Shown: positions 26,755-36,505 of the stretch, one piece after another
How the letters are laid out: each line of letters starts with the position of its first letter
Position numbering within the stretch: the stretch's first letter is position 1
Virus record (IMG/VR): IMGVR_UViG_3300042520_001372
DNA from: a virus
Length of the DNA: 64,000 nt
Direction: 5' to 3' (one strand)
The notes under the pieces: model-generated
The model's input: only the letters and a program-made list of their open reading frames with translations
What the model was told of the DNA's origin: nothing
Database searches by the model: none
Program-made: the position numbers and the translations under genes

Positions 26755-28488
26755 TTAACCTGGGAATGTAGCTCCTGTTGGCGTTAAATTAAAGTCTAAG
26801 TAGATGAATTCAGCAGTCTTGGTAGGCTGTAAGTAAATCTGACCTACTAATTGGTTTCTGTCGATTACGTCAGCAGTGTTATTAGAGTCGTCCATGATTA
26901 CTTTGAAAGCATAAAGACCTTGTCTTTGCTGTACCGAAGTCAAATAAGGATTAACTTGAGCTAAGAAGCTGTTTCTGGTTGCGATAGTGTTCTGTTCGAA
27001 TACCAAGTTGTCAGCAATTTGAGAAATATAATCTTTAACTGTAATCAACAATCTTCTAACGTTTACCCGATCCAAAGCAGAAGCTTTTTTCTGTAATGTT
27101 TTTTGTCCGAATACTACAACACCTTGGTTAGGGAAAGTAGCAATTGGGTTAACATTACCTTCGTATAAAGTATCTCTGTCTCCTTGAGTTAATTTTCTTT
27201 CTGCTCTTACTACTGTAGATAATCCACCTCTGTTAAATCCAGCAGGTGCAAACCAAGCTTCAGTTGAGTTATCATTGAATGCATAAACTGCAGGGATTAA
27301 AGTAGAAGCCGGTACCCATACTGCATTACCTGTAGTAGGATCTGCTGCTTGTACCCAAGGCCAATAAGTTGCACCGTAAGATGTATCCATTCCTAATGCT
27401 TGGCCGGTTACTGTGTTTAAAGCAGTTCCGTAAGGAACCATATCAACTACTGCGATATTGTCTCCCCTGTTCTGTGCATTTGATACTATTGTAGAAATTT
27501 GAGTTGCAGCACTTATTCTGTTTAAACCTGGCATTGAAACTACGTTGTAGCTATATTCGTCAGGATTAGCAAGTAAGTTTAACATGGTAGTGTAATCACT
27601 TCCTGTAACACCTTGAGAATCTGCATTTAAAGTCAAACCAGCATTTTCGTAAAAGAAAGCTTGTCTTGCATTGTTAAAAGGGGTTCCTATAGCTGCACCA
27701 AAAGCACCTGAACAAGCAGTTGGAATAGATCCGGTAAATTGAGCCTTAGCAGTTCCGTTGTTATCGAAGTAGTTTGGAGTCTGGAAGTTAACAGCTTTAA
27801 CTCTTACATAAGCAGAAGCATTAGCGTAGGATCCAGAAGTTTGAATATAGTAGGTTGAACCGTCAGTTGCGATGTTTTGAGCTTGATCTCCAAGTACTCT
27901 TGAAACGTAATTAGAAGCTTTAGGATCTAACGATAAGTTAGTCCATGTTTCTAAAACAACTTTAGAGTTCCCAGTATCATCACCTTTTCTGATTAGTAAT
28001 CCGAAAGTTCCTGATGCTGAGTTAGGAGCAACAATTTCCCACCTAACGTTATCAGCAGATCCTGAAGCTAACGTATTGTTAGTGCCTTCAGTAGAAGTGC
28101 TGTTCATGATGGTTCCTTTAGATAATGTTTCTAATACAAAAGGAGCTACACCTGAAGTAGGTCCACCTGACCCTGTGGTCATCATAGATGAAGTTGCTCC
28201 TGTGTAGGTACCATTCGTAACTCTGCCTACCAACAAAGAATCACCGCCGTTTTGGAAGTAGTTATATGCTGCTATTGAGGTAAAATAGGTGTAAAAATCT
28301 GAACCTGATTGAACCAGGGTTCCATAGATGTTTTGGTATTGTGAGTAAGTAGTAACAACAGTCGGTACTATAGGGCCTTTAACTGTAGGTCCTAAGATGG
28401 CTGCTCCGGCCTGTACGGGCTGGGCAGTTAAGAACGACTGATCGTTTTCTCTTGCTAAAACACCAGGGGATAATAAAGTTTCTGCCAT
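26755..28488 (-). CDS. Tail sheath protein (gp18-like)
   Basis: SPGVLAREND, YWPWV, WFAPAGFNRG, FGQKTLQ, DRVNVRRLL, FEQN, PTKTAEFI. Confidence 0.95.
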   Translation of the reverse strand: MAETLLSPGVLARENDQSFLTAQPVQAGAAILGPTVKGPIVPTVVTTYSQYQNIYGTLVQSGSDFYTYFTSIAAYNYFQNGGDSLLVGRVTNGTYTGATSSMMTTGSGGPTSGVAPFVLETLSKGTIMNSTSTEGTNNTLASGSADNVRWEIVAPNSASGTFGLLIRKGDDTGNSKVVLETWTNLSLDPKASNYVSRVLGDQAQNIATDGSTYYIQTSGSYANASAYVRVKAVNFQTPNYFDNNGTAKAQFTGSIPTACSGAFGAAIGTPFNNARQAFFYENAGLTLNADSQGVTGSDYTTMLNLLANPDEYSYNVVSMPGLNRISAATQISTIVSNAQNRGDNIAVVDMVPYGTALNTVTGQALGMDTSYGATYWPWVQAADPTTGNAVWVPASTLIPAVYAFNDNSTEAWFAPAGFNRGGLSTVVRAERKLTQGDRDTLYEGNVNPIATFPNQGVVVFGQKTLQKKASALDRVNVRRLLITVKDYISQIADNLVFEQNTIATRNSFLAQVNPYLTSVQQRQGLYAFKVIMDDSNNTADVIDRNQLVGQIYLQPTKTAEFIYLDFNLTPTGATFPG

Positions 28489-28544
28489 TATATTTTAGTT
28501 TGTTAGATAGTTCTAATATAAATAGTAATTAGACCTTCAAAAAG

Positions 28545-29438
28545 TTACTGGATGTCGTTGATATCACTTACCACTTCGGTAGTGAAGTTCACCCTGCCCT
28601 TTGAAAAAAACTTCTTAGTTGCTACTAACTCTTTATTAACTGCGTTAGGTATGATATACCCATACATTTTTATATTAAAGTTTGTTTTAATTAGTCTCTC
28701 TTCTCCTTGACTTAACGTTTCGTTGTTGGTAAAAGTGTCAATCCGGGCACGGAATTTAAATCTGTTAGGGTCTCCCCAGTATGAATCTGAAGCATAATTA
28801 ATTCCTTCGACTATTTGGTTCATTTGTTCAATATAGTAAGTCCAAATAATGCATTCGTAGTTTAAAGTAACGTAATCTGGGATAACTACTGCCTGGTAAA
28901 CGGTTACGGGTTTTCTATTATTTAACAGGTTAAAATTAGAATAAGCATCTCCTTTTTGGTAAGCTTTACCTGCAATTACATAATTCTGAGGATTGTTTGC
29001 ATCTAGCTTATTTCCGACTGCGTATGACTTATCCATCGATGTTCTTCTAAACATAATAATGGGTGCCATAATTTTATCGTTCTTATCTCTATAATATCCA
29101 TCTTTTTGCACTGCTTTCCATCTTTCAGGGTTTCCGTAGATGATCGGAACAGCAATAGTAGTTCCATTCTGGTATACTTGAGGTTTTATTACAGTATCAA
29201 AATAGAAAGCAATAGCTTCGTCTATATCACCAATACCGACTGTGTAATCTTTAACGGTTTCTCCTTTAACTGAGATCTCGTTTGCCCTGTAAGCTTTAGC
29301 TGTAGCGGGATTATTCTGATTAGCAAAAACAGGTAGTGGGGTGATAGCATTGTTTGGATTATCCAACAATGGATCCTGTTGAGAGATAGAAATTTCTCTT
29401 TGATTTTTTGGTACCGGTTTTCTAATTTTGTTAGCCAT
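28545..29438 (-). CDS. Tail terminator / sheath stabiliser (gp15-like)
   Basis: VPIIYGNPERW, PDYVTLNYE; between neck and sheath genes. Confidence 0.7.
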   Translation of the reverse strand: MANKIRKPVPKNQREISISQQDPLLDNPNNAITPLPVFANQNNPATAKAYRANEISVKGETVKDYTVGIGDIDEAIAFYFDTVIKPQVYQNGTTIAVPIIYGNPERWKAVQKDGYYRDKNDKIMAPIIMFRRTSMDKSYAVGNKLDANNPQNYVIAGKAYQKGDAYSNFNLLNNRKPVTVYQAVVIPDYVTLNYECIIWTYYIEQMNQIVEGINYASDSYWGDPNRFKFRARIDTFTNNETLSQGEERLIKTNFNIKMYGYIIPNAVNKELVATKKFFSKGRVNFTTEVVSDINDIQ

Positions 29439-29929
29439 TACATTCTCTCCTTAGTTATTCCAAGTTTATCTGCAGCAATTAAGTGAGTCTGCACAATTAT
29501 ACTAATTGATGAGCCGTAATTCTCTAACCCTTCAGAGTACGAGTATTCCGGTACCTTTCCTACGAAGTATTGGTTGTCAACTACTGAATCAACTTCATAG
29601 TAGTTTTCGTAGTAAAATACTACATCTCCTACCTCTGGGGTAATTTCTGCTTCTATTAAATCATCTCTAAAAAAAGCAAAAGTTAAAGCTCTTGAAGTAT
29701 CGGGTCCGAAAGCATCTGAAGTCCATGTTTGATCTCCACGTTGAATTAAAACGTTAAGTAGAACAGGTTCATTAACAAATTTGTCGAGTGCTTCTCCATA
29801 CATATTAGTTGTAGAAGCTCCCAGAGTAATTTTATAGTAACCAACCTGTTGAGTTATAATGTTAGGTAATAACTCTCGGTTAATACTATTAATTAACAAG
29901 ATATCTCTTCTTCTTCCAAATAAGGCCAT
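29438..29929 (-). CDS. Neck / head-closure protein (gp14-like)
   Basis: NMYGE, PEVGDVVFY...YYEV; gene order. Confidence 0.65.
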   Translation of the reverse strand: MALFGRRRDILLINSINRELLPNIITQQVGYYKITLGASTTNMYGEALDKFVNEPVLLNVLIQRGDQTWTSDAFGPDTSRALTFAFFRDDLIEAEITPEVGDVVFYYENYYEVDSVVDNQYFVGKVPEYSYSEGLENYGSSISIIVQTHLIAADKLGITKERM

Positions 29930-30247
29930 TTAGATCTCCTCTACTTTTTGTAATTGTTTAACGCTATACTTAAATTTCTTTAGTTCTGGAATTTGTGCTA
30001 GAGATTCTTTTTTTATTATTTCAAAGGTTTCCTGCCCTGGTTTGGTCGTTACTACTTTTAATTGCAGTAGTCCTCTTGGGTTAAGATCTTCTTTATCAGT
30101 TTTATTGTTTACAACCGTAACATATTTCATGCTTCTGATGATTTGTGCAATATCAGTAATGTTGGTAGTATCTGAGAATTCAACATATACCAAAGTTTGG
30201 TACATTGAATAAGTTACTTCGTTTAATAAGTCTGTTAACTGTACCAT
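29930..30247 (-). CDS. Hypothetical protein with possible protease-cleaved leader (MVQLTDLLNE)
   Basis: ORF in neck operon. Confidence 0.6.
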   Translation of the reverse strand: MVQLTDLLNEVTYSMYQTLVYVEFSDTTNITDIAQIIRSMKYVTVVNNKTDKEDLNPRGLLQLKVVTTKPGQETFEIIKKESLAQIPELKKFKYSVKQLQKVEEI

Positions 30248-30248
30248 G

Positions 30249-31403
30249 TTATGCTATAAATATTGGTTGTGGAACCATATTAAGTTCTTTCTGTTTATAA
30301 TCAGCCTCTAAAGATCTTCTTTCGAGTAATTTCTCTCTTGAAGTTTCTTCTAGGTAGTTCCTTAGTTTATCTAACAGCAAATTCTTTTCTGCAGTAGCTG
30401 CAGTAATCAAATCAGCTGAGTTTAAAGTAACTTCCGCCCCAGGTATGGGTAAGGTTCCGTATTTTCCTCTAACGTATCCAAGCATTTCTTTTGCTAAAGA
30501 TAGTGTATATTCAAAGATCCACTGCCTTCCTATAGAATTAATTTGTGTATAGTTTGGATTTGCATAGGGAACATTAGAAACGTTAGAAACCAATGCTGAT
30601 GAGTTAGCCATTACCGGATTGTTTCTTTCTGAGTTCTTAATGTACTCAAAGAACATTTTACCTTCGTCCACAGTTGGTATTGGAAATAATCTCAGTCTGT
30701 TGTTTACTAATTCAAAAGAGTAGTTTGACTTTCTGATTTGATCGTTAAACTCAATAGCTTGAATCTTCTGAAGATCGTAATTGATTGGCATCAGAAGGAA
30801 GTTAATTGCTGGTGAATAGTTCCCCCATCCGAATGTATCTAATAGGTTCATCATACCTGTCCCTGTTCCTGCATAAGGATCAAAGTAGCGAACGATGGCC
30901 GGAGGTGATTCGTAGAATACTCTTTTAATTTCAATTGTATCTCCAGGAGTTAAAGAGGCAGAAGCACTAGCCCATACATTCATATTATAATCCTGCTGAC
31001 CGGCAATAGTTGTAAAAGAACCTGTATACCAAGTTACTGTTCCCCCTACTCCGGCTTCTTCTCCGTACTGATTTGACATTCTAACAATAGCTCCGAAGTT
31101 TGGTTGTATTACTGAGTTATTTAAATTAGATCCGGTAGAAGCTCCTTCCATTGAGAGGAAGTCCTGTCTTACTTTAAATGCATAAATTTCATTTCCGTAA
31201 GTTGTTACTGCTTCTTCAAAAGCTGTATAGAAGTTGATATCCTGCAATTCGACATCAACCAATGGGTATCCTAGTCTTCTTGCACAGAAATTTGATACCT
31301 TATCAGCATCCGTTTGAAACTGATAATCATTATCGTAGAACCCAAAAGGAGTATCTCCGGGAAAGAAGGATGAGGAACCGGGCCAGATTTGAGCGTTAGC
31401 CAT
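30249..31403 (-). CDS. Neck / head-tail adaptor (gp13-like)
   Basis: RRLGYPLVDVEL; WIFEYTLSLAKEMLGYVRGKY..PIPGAEVTLN. Confidence 0.8.
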   Translation of the reverse strand: MANAQIWPGSSSFFPGDTPFGFYDNDYQFQTDADKVSNFCARRLGYPLVDVELQDINFYTAFEEAVTTYGNEIYAFKVRQDFLSMEGASTGSNLNNSVIQPNFGAIVRMSNQYGEEAGVGGTVTWYTGSFTTIAGQQDYNMNVWASASASLTPGDTIEIKRVFYESPPAIVRYFDPYAGTGTGMMNLLDTFGWGNYSPAINFLLMPINYDLQKIQAIEFNDQIRKSNYSFELVNNRLRLFPIPTVDEGKMFFEYIKNSERNNPVMANSSALVSNVSNVPYANPNYTQINSIGRQWIFEYTLSLAKEMLGYVRGKYGTLPIPGAEVTLNSADLITAATAEKNLLLDKLRNYLEETSREKLLERRSLEADYKQKELNMVPQPIFIA

Positions 31404-31429
31404 ATACTAATAAATAGTATTGGATTTGC

Positions 31430-32344
31430 TTACTTGATCTGGGTCAGAGTTACGATTACAGAAGGGACTGCTACTCCTCCGTTTGTTGGTCCAGCAGCTT
31501 CGGCAACTAATTGAACACTAGCACCTCCGTTAACATAGCATACTAACTCTAAGAAATCTCCTGCAATTAAGCTTTCAACAAAATTCCATGCTCCAACGTA
31601 TTTGTGGTTTTGGTTTTGAATATCAAGCCCTGTATTACTGTATGTTTGATTAACACCATTTTTTCTTAGCCAAATATATACTTGAGGACCTCCACCAACT
31701 GTGGTTTGTACTTGAGTTGAAAATTGAAGGTTGTAAATACCTGTTCTAGTTACTGTTAATCTTGAATTTGATACTACTGAAATTCCGTCATTGATGACGG
31801 GGGTATTTAGGGTAATGGATGCTGAAGCACCTGATACTATTGTTTGAGTTGTTGTATCGTAGAATGTACCAACTGATAGAGTTGATACTCCATTCTCAGC
31901 ATAAGAGGAAGTTAAAGCATAAGAGGCAGAAGTTGCAAATGATGCTGTCCCTGCAACGTTACCTAGCAATGAACCGGTAATTGAAGTAAATCTACCTATA
32001 GAACCGGAGACTGTTAATCCTCCTAACCCACTTAAAAGGTTGGTTGATGGATTGTAGTACGGACCGTTTGTTCCGTCTGCTGCCAGTTGATAGTAATCAC
32101 CTAGAGCACCAGTACTGTTTTTAAATACTAGATTGAAGTCAGTATTTGCTGAAGGATTTGAAGCAATAAAAGCTGTATTTGCAGCTGATGCTGTTGCATT
32201 TAAAGGGCCAATAACTGTTAATGAACCAGAGATGGTTATATCGTATGCGTTTGTACCTGTGAAAGCATCCACGGACTGAGTTACGTGCCAGGCATTAATT
32301 GTCTGGGTTTGTGCTATACCTGTTTGTGAGAGAGTTAGTGCCAT
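31430..32344 (-). CDS. Virion fibre-like protein with C1q/BclA-like C-terminal head
   Basis: SASYA motif; TVTRTGIYNLQFSTQ, IWLRKNG, LIAGDFLEL. Confidence 0.6.
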   Translation of the reverse strand: MALTLSQTGIAQTQTINAWHVTQSVDAFTGTNAYDITISGSLTVIGPLNATASAANTAFIASNPSANTDFNLVFKNSTGALGDYYQLAADGTNGPYYNPSTNLLSGLGGLTVSGSIGRFTSITGSLLGNVAGTASFATSASYALTSSYAENGVSTLSVGTFYDTTTQTIVSGASASITLNTPVINDGISVVSNSRLTVTRTGIYNLQFSTQVQTTVGGGPQVYIWLRKNGVNQTYSNTGLDIQNQNHKYVGAWNFVESLIAGDFLELVCYVNGGASVQLVAEAAGPTNGGVAVPSVIVTLTQIK

Positions 32345-32363
32345 TTATTATAAATATTAAAAA

Positions 32364-32717
32364 TTAATATAAAGCATTCCAAGAAGTACCGTTGTAGAAA
32401 TAGGGCTTTGGTGGAGCTGAGGAAGATACAGCAAATGAACCTGTTGCTACACCTGAAGGTAATGGTGTTTGAGGGGTTAATGTTAGGATGTTACTTATGG
32501 TTAATGAACCGGTTATTGTGAATGAGCCGGAGTTGCTTGACTGTAAGGCTCCTGGTTGTCCTTGAGGACCGATGCTTGCTACGGTGATGACCGAAGTTAT
32601 GGGCTGGGTGACATTTACCGAAGTGCCGTTACCGATTTCGGTAATAACTATTTGCTTGTCGGTGTTGACAAGATTTACCTCATTAGCATCTTGGGAGATA
32701 TAGACTTGGTTACTCAT
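32364..32717 (-). CDS. Small virion protein with short collagen-like segment
   Basis: GPQGQPG; YFYNGTSW. Confidence 0.55.
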   Translation of the reverse strand: MSNQVYISQDANEVNLVNTDKQIVITEIGNGTSVNVTQPITSVITVASIGPQGQPGALQSSNSGSFTITGSLTISNILTLTPQTPLPSGVATGSFAVSSSAPPKPYFYNGTSWNALY

Positions 32718-32720
32718 TGT

Positions 32721-33101
32721 TTACCGAGTTACCTCTTTGCTTAATTTTACCTGTCCTTCAATCAATCTGGTTACTATCGATCCGGAAACAATCTCTAAGT
32801 CATAAACTGCCTGGTCAAAAGATAAAGCCGATGAAGAGACTGCTGAAATTAAAATTCCAATTGAACCAGAAGTGGGCGGGGTAGACCCGTTTGAACCTGA
32901 GAAATTAATCCCAGTCCCGTCTGCCTGCAAAGAACTGCTTAAAGATAAGTACACTGTAGCCGACGTAACGGAAGGCCTAATTTGCATCCTTCCAGAATAC
33001 CCTACCAGACTAACAGCAGTCCCTGCAGAATCTTTATATTGTAGTTCTAATTCAAAGGTTGAACCTTGTTCTATCACAAATGAGTATTTTCCTGCGGCCA
33101 T
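32721..33101 (-). CDS. BppU/Ig-like virion adaptor
   Basis: IEQGSTF, GRMQIR, YDLEI...RLIEGQV. Confidence 0.6.
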   Translation of the reverse strand: MAAGKYSFVIEQGSTFELELQYKDSAGTAVSLVGYSGRMQIRPSVTSATVYLSLSSSLQADGTGINFSGSNGSTPPTSGSIGILISAVSSSALSFDQAVYDLEIVSGSIVTRLIEGQVKLSKEVTR

Positions 33102-33179
33102 AATTTGTTTATAAATATTTCCGAAAACAAGAAAGGCCTCCTTTGGAGACCTTCTTATTAAAGTACTGTAAGCTTCTGC

Positions 33180-33449
33180 TTATTCAGCAGTCTCGAGTGC
33201 TGGGGTTGGAAGAAATTCTCCTGTTTGCAGGTCAATACTTCCTTCACCGTACTTCTCAGTTAATTCTTTACCGAATTCATTCTCTTCCTCTCTTAATTCA
33301 TTTAAGAAATTAAGGATTTCTACCCGGCGATTTTCTACTTGTAACTTTGTAAGTTCAAGGTTACCAAGCTGGTTTACAACTGCGTTGTTTTTGGCTTGAA
33401 TTTCAGCGAACTTAGTAAGTTCTTCTTCTGTTAATTTAATTGGTTCCAT
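33180..33449 (-). CDS. Small coiled-coil protein (possible fibre chaperone)
   Basis: Heptad-rich; LTEKYGEGSIDLQTGEF. Confidence 0.6.
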   Translation of the reverse strand: MEPIKLTEEELTKFAEIQAKNNAVVNQLGNLELTKLQVENRRVEILNFLNELREEENEFGKELTEKYGEGSIDLQTGEFLPTPALETAE

Positions 33450-33480
33450 AGCTATTTGTTATAACAATTCTTTATTTTAA

Positions 33481-33858
33481 TTAGTTTGAGTAGATCCAGT
33501 TAGATGAAGATATGCCAAACATTACAGGTACATTTGCTTTGATGTACAATAAAGAGGCTTCTTGAATCTGACTATAAGACCCTGTGCTGGTTAAGGTTGA
33601 ACCGCTGAAGAAGGTATCCCATTCTACATCAGTAAGATTGTAGTTCATACCGTCAACTCTTTGTTGGTTAGAACCGCTGTAGTTCGCCCATACAACACCG
33701 TTAATGTTTACAGTGTGTTCGTTAGAACCACCACCAAAAGGGCCGTTGTTGCCGTTGTCTACGAAAGTAGCTTGTGGACAAGTGATCACCAAGTAAGATG
33801 ATTCTAGAGTCTGCGCGTTGTAAACTACCGATTTGCTTGAAGTTAATTTATGTGACAT
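33481..33858 (-). CDS. Hypothetical virion-associated protein
   Basis: TATTTATA motif upstream; three [ST]GS motifs. Confidence 0.55.
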   Translation of the reverse strand: MSHKLTSSKSVVYNAQTLESSYLVITCPQATFVDNGNNGPFGGGSNEHTVNINGVVWANYSGSNQQRVDGMNYNLTDVEWDTFFSGSTLTSTGSYSQIQEASLLYIKANVPVMFGISSSNWIYSN

Positions 33859-33907
33859 GTTTTTATTTTATTATAAATATGGTGTTTGATGCAAAAAAAA
33901 AGACTCA

Positions 33908-34342
33908 CTACTTTACCTTCCTCCATGTATACCAGGCTCTTTCATGTAGAAAATACAGAGTCATTTTAGTTAAAACTTCTAATGCTCCAATTTTTAAACC
34001 TGTTAAAGGGTTGCCAGTAACAATCCAGCCTAAAATCATGGTATCAATAGTACCAATTATCCTCCAGGAAATTGCCTTCATGATATGTCTTTTTAGGACT
34101 GATTTTTCTTTAATTGTTTTAATATAAGCAATACTGTTTCTAACCTCACAATGACCCTCACAAGTAACATGCCATTTATAGTCCTGAATTTCTTCCATCC
34201 AGTCTTTGGTAGTGTAGGTAGAACCGTCAATGATGATATTTGCTACTAATGTTTCATTACCATTTTCAATTAGTCTCCACCTTTCGGTATCGTCTTTAGA
34301 TACTGTGTTGTATCTTATTTGATATACTTTTGAAGTACTCAT
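33908..34342 (-). CDS. Protein with C-terminal DUF2061-like membrane domain
   Basis: KAISWRIIGTIDT...KMTLYFLHERAW. Confidence 0.75.
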   Translation of the reverse strand: MSTSKVYQIRYNTVSKDDTERWRLIENGNETLVANIIIDGSTYTTKDWMEEIQDYKWHVTCEGHCEVRNSIAYIKTIKEKSVLKRHIMKAISWRIIGTIDTMILGWIVTGNPLTGLKIGALEVLTKMTLYFLHERAWYTWRKVK

Positions 34343-34734
34343 AATTTTCCCTCCTGTCTCATCTGTTCACGGACCTTAGTTGCTGAGATGTCAGCGATTT
34401 CTGTCGGTGGAATATGCTCAATTATATCGTAACCAACCCCTCTACCGAATTCGATAGAGCAGATATCAGGGATAATCATCACTGTAACCCGAGGTTCGTC
34501 TTTATAGAAAGTCGTAATATTTTCTAGAACCTGCTGGGCTGAAAATGGATTCTTTTCGTCAGGTTGAATATCCCTGATGCATATTAGAACGTTCTTTTCT
34601 TCGTCCATTGCTTTCTGAAATAGAGCTTGGTGGCCGGGGTGTAAGGGCTGCCATCTTCCAACAAACATTGCATGTTGGCCTGGTTTTGCCGGTAGTGATG
34701 ATCCTACGTGTAATTTTTTAGTCCAGTTTGTCAT
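34339..34734 (-). CDS. HxGH-family nucleotidyltransferase (candidate minimal ATP sulfurylase)
   Basis: FVGRWQPLHPGH, KNPFS, ISATKVR. Confidence 0.75.
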   Translation of the reverse strand: MTNWTKKLHVGSSLPAKPGQHAMFVGRWQPLHPGHQALFQKAMDEEKNVLICIRDIQPDEKNPFSAQQVLENITTFYKDEPRVTVMIIPDICSIEFGRGVGYDIIEHIPPTEIADISATKVREQMRQEGKL

Positions 34735-34735
34735 A

Positions 34736-35077
34736 TTAGTTAAATCCTTGATCTCTTATTAAATTTACTGCTATTGCTCTTTCGCCCTCTTTCTCAGGGT
34801 CCATATCGTTAATTAAATACCTAGGCCCTCTTTCAAGTCCCATTATTACTCTGTCGTAAGGTACTAAATTGGATTTTAATTCCTTTAGAGTGTGTACGAG
34901 AAGATTATCCGGTCTTGCAGTCGTTAGTATAATCATATGTCCTTCCTCATGTTGTTTCTGGAGGTAATCAATAGTTGATAGTATAGGTTCTGCTTCTGAG
35001 GTTTTATATGTCTCAAATTTACGGTATTTAAAAATAGTACCATCGATATCGCAGAATATTGTATTCTTCTTTTCCAA
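34736..35077 (-). CDS. Capless HAD-family phosphatase
   Basis: CDIDGT, LTTAR, YLIND; TTG start. Confidence 0.75.
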   Translation of the reverse strand: MEKKNTIFCDIDGTIFKYRKFETYKTSEAEPILSTIDYLQKQHEEGHMIILTTARPDNLLVHTLKELKSNLVPYDRVIMGLERGPRYLINDMDPEKEGERAIAVNLIRDQGFN

Positions 35078-35078
35078 G

Positions 35079-35513
35079 TTATAATTGCTCTCTTACTAAT
35101 TTAACTGTATCTTCAATTGATAGAGTGTCAGTATTAATATAAGTATAATCTTCGTCTTCTGCAAGCTCAAAGTCAGCAACGTGAAAGTTTTCTCTTCCTC
35201 TTGGATTATCGTAACTTAAACAAAAGAATTTAGCTTCCGGCATCAAGGATCTTAAATAATCCCTAACTTCTAAGTATGGAAATACCATCGAGTAAATTAC
35301 GTTAGTTTTTATCTCCGTTGAGGTTAAATAATAGCCAATATCGCAGGCCTTAGATAAGTTCTTTATTCTACCTTCTTTTGAATAATCAGTATTCTTAAAT
35401 ACTGCCCGGAATCTATCTCCGTCGATTAATTCGGTGTTAGGTAAATCCTTAATCAACTCTTGGGCGATAGTTGTTTTACCAGAGTGCGGTTGTCCAAATA
35501 ATACTATAATCAT
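35079..35513 (-). CDS. cysC: Adenylyl-sulfate (APS) kinase-like protein
   Basis: GQPHSGKTT, IDGDRFR, DYSKEGRIKN, VFPY..VR. Confidence 0.75.
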   Translation of the reverse strand: MIIVLFGQPHSGKTTIAQELIKDLPNTELIDGDRFRAVFKNTDYSKEGRIKNLSKACDIGYYLTSTEIKTNVIYSMVFPYLEVRDYLRSLMPEAKFFCLSYDNPRGRENFHVADFELAEDEDYTYINTDTLSIEDTVKLVREQL

Positions 35514-36505
35514 TTTATTACTTTATCTAATTCGTTAGCATCAAACATTTCATTAACGTCTGCATAAGGACACTCATGTAGTGGACCATCAAAAGAATAA
35601 TCAAATAAATAAGCATCAATTAACTTAGTATTTCCTTTAGGAGGCATTGCTTTGATATTTGTATGCATATCATACCCGAAATTCTCAGGTGAAGTTCCAA
35701 TCCAGAATACTGTTGAAGGTAGTTCTAGGGCAGCTGCTGCATGCTGTAAACAAGAGTCAATTAAGAATCGTTTCTCTGAAGCTGCTACTAAACTGAATAA
35801 TTCCATGTTAGTCATTTGCTGGCTTACTACCTCCACTCCTTCAAGTTGGTAGCTACCCTCTCTTGTTAACTGAATGATATGATAGTCATTCTTAAATTTA
35901 TTAACAATGTATAAAGCAAGGTCGACAGGCATATCTCTAGTCCAAGTGTAATTCAAGGGTTGTCCTTGATACATTCCTCCATTAGTCTGTATTAGTAGGA
36001 CAGGCTTTTGTCTTTGCCACAACCCAGATAACTGTTTCTGCACCATATTAAAATGCAGGTTAGGTAGTTGTTTCTTATAATCAACCCCTAATAATTCGGC
36101 CCAGTTCTGTACTAGATGCTTTTGCTTTAAAATATGACCTGTTTGAAAGTAAGGTTCGTGTCTAAATACTAGAGTATCTTTACCTAAAATAAAATCTTCG
36201 TAAAAATAAGCGGTCATACCTACTCTATAAACCCTATGAACTTCAGGGTGGTTTAAAAATACTTCCGGATAGGAAGCAACTACAACTATTTTTCTGGTCT
36301 TGTATTGCTTAGCAAGAGCAGGTAGGAGAGCAGTTGCTGCTACATTCTTACCTAATCCGCCTTCGATGTGCCAAACTAAAAACTTATTATCCATGTTATT
36401 ATCTTTTTGCTGTGCTATTGAAACTAAGGTGGGTGACATTGTAATGTCGGGAACTACAATTGATTTAAATTCACTCTCGCTCTGTACTTTAAATCCTACT
36501 TTCAT
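35510..36505 (-). CDS. GT9-like (heptosyltransferase-fold) glycosyltransferase
   Basis: EGGLGKNVAATA; FLIDSCLQHAAAALELPSTVFW.GTSP..FGY. Confidence 0.75.
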   Translation of the reverse strand: MKVGFKVQSESEFKSIVVPDITMSPTLVSIAQQKDNNMDNKFLVWHIEGGLGKNVAATALLPALAKQYKTRKIVVVASYPEVFLNHPEVHRVYRVGMTAYFYEDFILGKDTLVFRHEPYFQTGHILKQKHLVQNWAELLGVDYKKQLPNLHFNMVQKQLSGLWQRQKPVLLIQTNGGMYQGQPLNYTWTRDMPVDLALYIVNKFKNDYHIIQLTREGSYQLEGVEVVSQQMTNMELFSLVAASEKRFLIDSCLQHAAAALELPSTVFWIGTSPENFGYDMHTNIKAMPPKGNTKLIDAYLFDYSFDGPLHECPYADVNEMFDANELDKVIK

